Source: Minutocellus sp. GHC0000111 (Eukaryota). Taken from it: 64,000 bases of DNA. The translations under genes were made by a program, and so were the position numbers. Numbering within the stretch: position 1 is the first letter of the stretch; each line of letters starts with the position of its first letter. Of the stretch, positions 1 through 9,183 are shown one piece after another. The DNA lies in assembly GCA_977018835.1 (NCBI GenBank), contig OZ361260.1:744001-808000 (forward strand), written 5' to 3'. The notes under the pieces are model-generated. The model was not told where the DNA came from. It ran no database searches and saw nothing but the letters and a program-made list of their open reading frames with translations.

Positions 1-52
1 CCTTATTCAACCCCTAATTTAGCCTCAAAGCACAGAATTCACTTACCCAACC

Positions 53-1239
53 ATGCCAAGTTTGACCCCGCAGCATCGCGCCGAGGAGACGGCGGAGCAT
101 GCCTTCCGGGATGGAATGTTGTCCGGTTTGTTGGCATTGGTTCCCAGCTCGGCGGCCGTATATGCCGCAATGCAAAACAAGCAGTTCGTCCGATCGACCA
201 ACTGGCAATCTCGGACGGCCCTCATTATCAGTGAGTAAAATCTTTCTGCTGGCGAATGGCACAAATGTTTGTTACTACGACATAGCATGCAACATGAGAG
301 ATAGGAGAGCTTTATTTCTGACGACATTTGTTTTCCTCCCAATGATGCATGGAATACAATTATCGTTACCAGTGCCCCCGCTTTTCATGTTTGGCTTCAG
401 CTCCGAATCCAAACTTCGTCACCGGATGGAGCAGATGGCGCATGAGGCTGACCACTCCCGGTCCACTGCCGAGTGGGCCGAGGAACATCGGGAACGGACC
501 ATTGCCGAGGAGAATGCACGCATTTCTCAGGCCAGCAGCGGACTGCAGAGGATGCACACCAGCTCGGTTACGACCGAACGAACTGCCGCCGATGTGGACA
601 ATCTGAGTTCAGAAGATGTGGAGAGGCAGCTTACGGAATTGTACAATCAGTCCGTGCAGAATTCCGGGGTGCGAATAGTACCATCTCCTGTCCAATTACT
701 GGCAAGAGAATCCATTCAAAATTCTTGCGGGTATTGGCGTCCCGACGATTCTGTACATTTTCAAGGGTCGGAACGACAAGGCACATCTTCAGTTGCAAAG
801 CAAGCTGATGCACACTCGTGTTTATGGGCAGGGAGTTGTCATTGCATTATTATTGGGGCTAATGGGTGTCAAGGGTTACCTGGATTCGATGGGCCAATAT
901 ATTACTGAGGCTGAGGCCAATGCTCGTGTGGAAGATATGAGACAGATGCGACTCCATCTCAAGGAGCGACTGGCTCGAGATAAGCGACTGATGGAAGAGC
1001 GGGAGCGCGTCCTCCGCGGTAAGAAGGAGAATTCCGAGGAGCATCAAACGAGGGAACGGCAGCTGGAAAACGTTGATGACTTTGAGGCTCAAATGGAACA
1101 AGAACAAGAGGTGGGCAGTGACATCGATCAACCAAAAACCAAGAAACTCAAAAAGAAAAAGAAGCCTTCCAATAAGCCAGCCATTGTGATTATAGATGAG
1201 GACGAAGCAGAAAAACTGGTGGAAGACAAATCAGAATAA
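53..1239 (+). CDS. HIG1-domain (hypoxia-induced/Rcf-like) mitochondrial membrane protein, frameshifted near 683-690
   Basis: Exon 53-230, GT-AG intron 231-372, exon 373 onward. The downstream frame reads NYWQENPFKILAGIGVPTILYIF...LQSKLMHTRVYGQ, a HIG1-type motif, and is out of frame with the upstream VRIVP. Confidence 0.7.
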
Positions 1240-1291
1240 GATCATCTAAAATGTACCACTATATTAACTCGAGTATGTAAATATGCACCAA

Positions 1292-3367
1292 TCACTCTCC
1301 ACGCTCTTCGTCCGTATCTCCTTTTTGATCTACATTTTTTGCCCTTGCCCGTGTGACATTTGGCCATCGGTCTTCCTCGCTGTCACTCTCACTACCCCCA
1401 GCCTCGTCGGGACCATGGTCTGCGCCGACCTTGGCCTTGGGATAGACCAAATCGCCGAGTACTCTTGTGCACACCTGGGCAATGATGGCAACCATACCGA
1501 TGATGGCAATTAGCTCCGGTTTCTGTACATACTGAGACAAAGATGCGATGAAGGCAATCAGACCGGCTCGAATGATCGCGAACAAGACTCCAAGTTTGCT
1601 TATTTTCTTCGTAATTTGGCATTCGCAGCGATGCACGTTTTCCCTTAGACCTTGATGCGTTAAAATCATCAAATCCAAGCAGATCCATGCTATAGCCATA
1701 CTCCCACAAAAGAAATTTGCCACGCGCTGCTGCCTTCCATCTGTAGAATACTTTGGACCACCTCCACCGGCAAGGTGCCGCATGGCTGAATCTCTTAGGA
1801 CCTTTAAAAGCTTTCGCAATTTGTAGCCACCACTCTCTTGATAAATGTAATCGTACAGCAGCATTTTGAAAGAAACTCCTACTGCCACAAGTGCGAAGGA
1901 ATATGTCTGCATCAGGGTGCTAAAGACCATTCCAGCATTCTTGTTGCGACGCATTGCATGTTCTGACGCATGGTGAGGCTGAGAACGGAAGTGGAGGTAT
2001 TGCAACAAAACTACACTCACGATACCACAGTAAAATGTGATGTAGTAATTCTTTGACAAGGATGTTTCAACAATCAACAGTGAGAGGATGCTCTCTCCGA
2101 GAAGCAACATGATCCATTCACCGAGACGATGGATACAGACTGCGACAAGGAAAGTTGGAGAGAGATGAAGCATCAGAGGGGAAGGAAGAATTCGAGCATG
2201 TTCCGACGCAAAACAACAATTCCAACTCACAATCAATATTCATCGGGACAGATATAGCCTTGTGCTTTCCGCCGCCGGGGAAGCAGAAGAGAACCATCAC
2301 CAAAAAGTGAACCAAATTGTACAGATATCCTCCGAGGCACAGCCAAAGAGGAATATTTGTTGTAGAATAGCCGTCGCTATACCCCCCGTATCCACTTGAA
2401 TCCGCCGAGGGTTTGGTGTCATATTCCGAGGCTTCGGCAAGACTCCTCAGATGGAGACCGCATGTGTTGGCAAAGCTTTCCAGTAGATCCATCGCACCAG
2501 AACATAGATTGCTAGCATCAAGCAAAGACCGTTGCGATTCATCACTTCCGTATCCATAGTCAGAGTCTCCGCCGGTGTTTCTGCCGTAGTGCTGGGTTCC
2601 AGCAACGCAAGTTGCAGCCAAGTAGAAGATTCCTTGGCCAACTTGGTTGATCATGTCACGCTTCGCAACTATTTTTGCTGCAGGCTCCCCCTCAACGAAA
2701 AACAGTATCTCGATATTGCGACAAATGCTCATGACTGAGAGAAGAGTCACTCCTAAAGCATACGCGAACATATCAGGGTATTTCGCCGGATTGGACATGA
2801 CATCCACCGTCCGAATGTGAACAACTGCCGTGGCTAAAAAACACAGATTGATTACTTCGAAGAGACGATGAAATGGGTCGTCACCGAATGCGAAGCGGCT
2901 ATCGTAGTACATGCGAGTAAACCACTCCGCCATAATAGGTCCGAAGAGTCCGATGAAGTAGAGAACGCCCTGGGCATTCGGGTCGGCCAAGATAATATTG
3001 CTCAAGTTGTACGCAGCTGCTACATATTGGCAGGGGTGATGTGGGTGAAGAAAGATTAGAGGCGAATTCCAGGCAGAAAATTAAAAGGGAACCTCCCATT
3101 GAAACGAAGAAGAGCTAGCTCGAGATTGTGGAATTCTACCCCCAAATCAACTCACAGGTCGCCCCAATTGGTATGAGGCAATATTTGCTTATCGCCCCAT
3201 TTTTGCCTCTGTCGCGGCCTTGAGAAAACAGCGAGCGAGGTGATCGGGAGGGGGAAAGTACATTCTCCGCCCGGGGAAAACGACTGCATTTTTTTGCTCA
3301 TGGCTTGGAACGCACCGGAACTGGTGCCGGCAGGTTCGCCGCCATTGCTGTCACCAGGGCCCGACAT
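1292..3367 (-). CDS. LtrA-like (low temperature requirement A) multi-pass membrane protein, spliced; first acceptor apparently damaged
   Basis: RQRQKWG...NWGDL then GTGAGT donor at 3155; YVAAAYNLS...; intron 2140-2230 joins MNID-F-CIHRLGEWIMLLLGESILSLL (LtrA-type motif); many TM segments. Confidence 0.65.
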
Positions 3368-3806
3368 CGGACTGAGACAGACGAGAAATCCACGCCACCA
3401 GAATAACTATTGTCGGCCAGGACCGCTACCGGCGTAGGAATTCCTATTGGTGCCGTTCTGGCCATTCCGTTTTGGTGGTGTACCACCGGTACCTTTCGAG
3501 TTCAGAGGATTTGAAAGTGACGTGATGATGACGTATTAGAAACACGACCACACCAGACCAAAAATCCAAGCTCACTTTTTCTAACTCCGAGGAATAAATG
3601 ACGGCCAAGATGGAAGTCGGGGCAAGAACCAAGTTATGGTCACCAACTTCTACATATAGTCGAGAGATATTGTGCACCAGAACCAATAAATGTACATTAT
3701 GTGATGATTTTTTTCGACATTTGCATTCCTCACCCCCGGGAAAAAATGCATTTTTGGAAGCACCAAATCAAAATGTAATGAATAGAAATGGACATGCTAT
3801 GATAAG

Positions 3807-6636
3807 TTATAGCAAATCAATGACTCCATCGTCTTCATCATTTTCATCTATGTCGTCCTCAATGTCATCATCTTCGCCGGGAGCATCAATTGGCCAGAGT
3901 GGTTCACCATCCTCTTCAGCTTCTTCCTCGGCAATTTTTGCGAGACCAGCCTTTCCCCGTCTGGTCTCCACAAGATTGTTACCGCCACGACTTCTCTTGA
4001 TGTTGTTATATATCACTGGAAGTTTTCCAAATACATTGAGAAAGGCCTCTTTTGATGCGACATTGGCCCATACTTTCATCACAGTCTTGTCAAGAGCAGC
4101 ATTCGCATCATTCTTCTGACCGCGATGCTCCTTTTCGACGGCCGACTGCAAAGACATCCAGATGCCGAGATCAAGAACATTTGTCTCGGGTGACCGAGGA
4201 ACCTGCTGGATTATCTCAATCTTATATTTGTTTTTGTGGTCCTCGGTGTACTTCTCAACTGCTTCATTGGACCCATGACCGCCGGCATTGTCCATCATAA
4301 GATACATAACATCAGACTCCTGAATATTTTGTGGATCCCACTTCACCCAATGATGTGCGTCTCGAATCGCCTTCCCGACCTCATTCATAGTCTCCAACAT
4401 CCATTTGGAGTCGGAGCTACAGTCCTTGGTAACCTTATCGCCCCGTTGATACCGCACCCCGAGCTCAAGGTCGTCGATCTCAACCTTCACCTTCTCTCCA
4501 TTGCTATCAGGAGTGTGTCGCTTGAGACTCGAGATCTTTTGATTGTAGCCAACAGCGGCATGCTTGCGACTTTTTGCCTGACCGTCGGATTTATAGTCCT
4601 CGTATTGAAGTTCCAATCGCTCTGTAACAAACTCAGAAAGGCCGTAGATTTCGGCAATGTGGTCGCGAAGATGGCCGGCGGTCATGTCAGCATTCTCGTC
4701 GTAAATGTCGCGCCAATCTTTGTCATTTTTAGCGCATCGTTGACCTTAGCATCTGGAGAGAAATTCTGATTACGCGTAAGCTTTTCCACCTTCTGCTCCC
4801 TGGCGACTCTCTTGATCATGGTGCGCCCATTGAAATCAACGTCTTTGGTTTCATCCTTCATTGGTCGGCCAACAACTCCAAGATACATAACTTTGACAGG
4901 GTGTCTTCTGGATCGAATTTTCGGGCTTGCCTCGGAAGCATGGACAGATGCGAGGTTCGGACTACTTAGTTCTTCGTCAGAAAGTGGCAACATCTTGATC
5001 TTTCGTCGCCCAGTAGCAGTGTAAAACCACTTTTCATCAAGATACGCTACAGGAATGTTGGGATCGGTCGTAATGTCCTCCCACTTTTCGATCCAATCAA
5101 GTCGCTTCCTACAATGTTCGGGGGTGAGCCTCGGCTTCTCGATCGACGACTTCTCCTTACCGCCTTGCTTTTTCCACCAGCGAAAAAGCTGAAGACGATG
5201 GAGACTAATTGTCAGCCTATCTTCATCTGGAGTAGCTGATTTTGCGCTCATGCAGTCAGCTAGCTCCTTAAAGGTTGCCATCGCACCCTTCATCCGAGCA
5301 GCACACCGATGCAGCTCGCGGAGACATCCTGGCTCCTTCTCCTCGATCATGTCCGTGTGTGCCTTCCTTCCACGAACCTCCTTTCTGCCGATGGGATTGC
5401 TGATGCCATCAGTAAGGCTTTTGTAGAGCTGGTCTCTCCACTTGTAAAGCTGAGAACCACCGGTTGACTTGGCATAACCGTGATCGTGCGCAACTTGCCG
5501 ACACGCGGCAGTTGCAATTTGTTGCCGGTCTTCATGCGTGCGAGTTGGGTCGCCGTGTCCCCACCAATCCGCGAGAGCCACGGCGCTGAACCGCATTCTT
5601 TCATTCGCCTGCTTTTCTTTTCTGATTGGTATTGGTTCGGTGACGGTTGCATTGGGACGAGGAGGACGGAGCATGTCATCGTTGGCCATCCGAACAACAA
5701 AGTCGAGGCCGAGAGCGACCTTTACCTGTTCATCAATGTCACTGGAGGTGGCACAGACAACGGAAGTATCGGCTCCTCCTAAACCTTCATCATTGGGGGA
5801 GGCTGCAGCTGCTTCAATGGCAGAAGTATCACCAGTTCCCTTCAGCATGCTGAGGAGACTTGCTGGCATCCAACCCAGTTTCTTGGCCTCGTCGACTAGT
5901 GATTTTGCTCTTGCTTCGCAATGCGCTGACTGTGCCTCCTTTCTGTGAGCTGATAACCTCTCACCTAGCTTAGTAGCTAAGACAGTCGAGCGCCCAGAGA
6001 ACAGAACTTCATCGGGATTTCTTTTCTCGTGCACCTTCTGTCCCTCCGGTCCAGAGAATTTCGGGTGGTTGTCCTCCTTCTTTTTACGCAACCTGTGAGC
6101 ACAAACATAAAGCGCCCTGCGTCTTGTCTTCCCCCTCGGCCGATACGTCGACAAGTGCAACTTCAAACTACAATGCTCCTTGAGATGTTGCTGCATATCC
6201 TTCCATTTTTCCTCGTTGTACTGTAGCTCATGCTTTCCTCCACCGACGGACTTGGAACGCAACAAGTCGGCCTCGATGAAAGCAGGGAGGACGTCTTCCC
6301 ATTTCTGCCGAGAACCAACACAAATGTCATCTTTGCCGCAGGAATCGGGGGTTGCTCTCCACCACAGATCCTTACCAGCCCTTCGAATGACATCTGCTGC
6401 AAGGAGAAAGGCCATGGGGATAGGAGGAGGGGCCGTCCTCTTCTTCGCCGACGACGGTGACGGTTTGGCGGCCGCTTCTTCGACGTGTTTGCGCTCGGCG
6501 ATGGTGTTTTCGGCTCAGCTGCCGCCTTTGCCGCCTTCCTGGATGCCTTGGTGTTGCCTCTCTTGCTCCCTGAGAACGAAGTTCTGCTGCGTTTGTATTT
6601 TTTGGGCGTGGTCTGGTTGGTCGTCGTCATCGTCAC
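3807..6636 (-). pseudogene. Transposase split by two apparent 1-bp deletions (about 6465 and about 4728)
   Basis: Catalytic motifs YLDEKWF, MDNAGGHG and SPETNVLDLG, with 39 residues between the 2nd and 3rd Asp. ORFs 6163-6636, 4682-6415 and 3807-4685 join if one A is added to each of two A-runs. Confidence 0.85.
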
Positions 6637-6700
6637 AAAATTTGCGGGTTGCGGTGAGAGGGTGTGCGGGGGACCAAAAAATATATGTGTTCCTGCCAGA

Positions 6701-6773
6701 ATCTACTGGACCTGCGAATTCAGTGGATACTACTGGTCGGTGGCAACCTACTGAATGAGCAGGTCCAGTAGAT
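6701..6773. repeat. Inverted repeat/hairpin upstream of the transposase
   Basis: ATCTACTGGACCTGC (6701-6715) is the exact reverse complement of 6759-6773; inner ATTCAGTGG/CTACTGAAT also pairs. Confidence 0.85.
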
Positions 6774-7356
6774 ATCCACGAGTTGAGGAGTATTTGCGTT
6801 CCTCCCGAAGAGAACATCGACTAACAAAACACGTGGTGGGAAATGAGAAATGGGTGCAAGAATGACCTTTTTTAGGGGTTATTGGTATACCCTCTACAAA
6901 TCCTCTGAAACCGAAAGGTACATGTGTACCTTGCATGCATTTTTCTCGCTCGAACTTTTACCTAGAGTAGGTACGTAGCTAGACTTCACCGAATAGCTAC
7001 GTAACTTCACCGACATTCTGTCCGGCTTAGGCAAATTGTACTTTTATTGAAAGGCCCACCCCCCACCACCAACCAATGCGGCCGAGAAGATACCGGAACA
7101 TGTAGACTTCTACCGGTAGCTACAGTACATCTTGTCTAGAGGAATCCCTACAACTAGGAATTCCTAAGTATACAATTTATAGCGCTAGTCTTTCGGACAT
7201 AGGAATTCCTAACTTGTGATGATAAAAAGTTTCCTCCTGTCCATCCCAACCAACCCGACGTTCGTTCGTTCATTTCTTCCAGGCGACAAGCTCTTCTCGC
7301 GTCAGCCAGTAGAAGACTCTACATGTAGTGGAAAAAACAGAACACAAGTCAAATCT

Positions 7357-8850
7357 TTACACTCCACCAGCAAAGGGAGCCTTCAACTCCACTGGGAGTT
7401 CTTCGGAAGGATGGAGGGGATCCTCCTGGCATTGAGAGTATCTGCAGGCATTCCATACCCAAAGATTGGCTCCCCACTTTGTGCCCTTGAGCACTGGACA
7501 TGCTCCATGCAAACTTGCCGGATCAAGGTCGCCATCGGGCGTCTGCGAGTAGAACAAAATGGCATCACCCTTGCGAGGAGGCACAGAAAACTGCTCATAG
7601 CATTTCGTAATGAGCTTGTCCTCCCAGGAATTCTCATCCAAGCCAGCCTCCTGGACCAGCTCCTTGAGCATTTCCTTGGTTGGGGCCTCACCAAGACGTC
7701 GGACAAGCTCCTTGGATTTCTCTTTCGTTAACTTTTGAGATTTGGGAAAGCAAGTCTGCCCACCAAACTCTACATCGGAAAGATACAGAAATACAGTGGC
7801 GAACCGATTGCTGCCGCCCTTCGAGGGATCCCACTGATGATCATCCGATTGTGCTCGGCGGAAATAGTCATGATGATCACCATACGCTTGGCCAAGCTCG
7901 TATCGCAAAATCTGAATTCCATCGGCCATGTTTTCACGGTACGCCCCCATGCGCAGCAAACGGAAGGCCCGCTTCTTAATCTCGTACGAAAGCTTGGTGG
8001 TAACGTCAAAGGCATTCATGGACGTTCGGGTTTTGAGCGTTGCACCGCTTCCTCCCTGATTCCAAGCCTTGTGCGTGCCACCGGTGGAGGGGGCCATCTT
8101 GTACGGATTGTCGTCGCTGGTGCTAAAGTCAACAAAGGCCTGGGCCTCGTCGGGTGACAAAAAATTGTGCACATAAAACACACGCGGGTCGGCCCCGTCG
8201 GCCCCTGGTTCAGTGAGTGTTTCCAGTTCTACTTGGACGCCGGTACCACCCACCAATCCCGTCACGGGTCGCTTGTAGCCCACCCGTACTGATGGCCACT
8301 GAAAGTGCGTTCCGGGTCGGGTCGGACCACGATACAGGGCTGTTCCATTGACAAAATGCGACGGCGACTGGACGATCTGGCCATAATCGTTGTAAAGTCG
8401 TCCCAATGCCAAAAACCCGGCTTCGGTTGTAAATTCCACCAGTTCCGGTTCTCCGTCGCCGCCATTGGTGTAGAGAAGAGCATGCGTGCTGGGTTGAGAA
8501 CCAGATACCGCTTCGGTGGTGTAGAAACCGTCCGTCCACGAACCTGACTCGGGGCTGATGAGCTTCCTGCCAGTGGTGGATTGTTCGGCACAGCTGGCAT
8601 CATTGGCAGCGCACGTATCCGAACCTACCGCCATCTCCTCTGCTGATGCATGTGTTGAGCCACCGCCTTTGCCACCATGATACACAAACGCCGCAAGGAC
8701 GATGCCCGGAACGGCCAACATCAACAATGATGACATGCTCACATTGCTCTTTTTGGTGGGATCGGAACCACCAGCACTCGTCTTGGACTTGTTGGACTTG
8801 GCGGATGCAGATGCCGCCTTCTTGTTATTGCTGCTCTTTTTGGCTGCCAT
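7357..8850 (-). CDS. Prolyl 4-hydroxylase (2OG-Fe(II) dioxygenase), type II membrane-anchored
   Basis: PRVFYVHNFLS, RTS, QILRYELGQAYGDHHDYF (HxD), RFATVFLYLSDVEFGGQT, SLHGACPVLKGTKWGANLW; N-terminal TM. Confidence 0.92.
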   Translation of the reverse strand: MAAKKSSNNKKAASASAKSNKSKTSAGGSDPTKKSNVSMSSLLMLAVPGIVLAAFVYHGGKGGGSTHASAEEMAVGSDTCAANDASCAEQSTTGRKLISPESGSWTDGFYTTEAVSGSQPSTHALLYTNGGDGEPELVEFTTEAGFLALGRLYNDYGQIVQSPSHFVNGTALYRGPTRPGTHFQWPSVRVGYKRPVTGLVGGTGVQVELETLTEPGADGADPRVFYVHNFLSPDEAQAFVDFSTSDDNPYKMAPSTGGTHKAWNQGGSGATLKTRTSMNAFDVTTKLSYEIKKRAFRLLRMGAYRENMADGIQILRYELGQAYGDHHDYFRRAQSDDHQWDPSKGGSNRFATVFLYLSDVEFGGQTCFPKSQKLTKEKSKELVRRLGEAPTKEMLKELVQEAGLDENSWEDKLITKCYEQFSVPPRKGDAILFYSQTPDGDLDPASLHGACPVLKGTKWGANLWVWNACRYSQCQEDPLHPSEELPVELKAPFAGGV

Positions 8851-9183
8851 TGTGAATTGATTGCTGGCGTGGAATCGCCCTCAGTTGATACGTTCCTCTA
8901 GAGTAAGGTGTCTGAAGTGCCTAGTTTTTTACGCACGTTATCTTATTGCGTGCGTATCTTCAAAGGGAACCGCTTGAGCACTTTTCAGCACATGATGTGG
9001 CTGGCTTGAGTTGCCTGAATAATGAAATAAATGCGAACAAATAAATAAATTGCAAAATAACAAGCCATAAGAAAATGCAAATCTCGTCTGGCCGTCGCGC
9101 GCGTCACAGGTTGGATGCTTCCATCTTATCTTTCATGCTTGCTTCAGAATTGATCGCCTGCGGCATCTTATGGGTCCATTGCC

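Larger units (their letters stand above)
3492..6918 (-). mobile_element. Tc1/mariner (IS630-Tc1-mariner) DNA transposon, DD39D type, 3427 bp
   Basis: 22-bp TIRs CCTTTCG(AG/GT)TTCAGAGGATTTG at 3492-3513 and 6897-6918 with 2 mismatches; TA on both flanks (3490-3491, 6919-6920); encloses a transposase gene. Confidence 0.92.
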
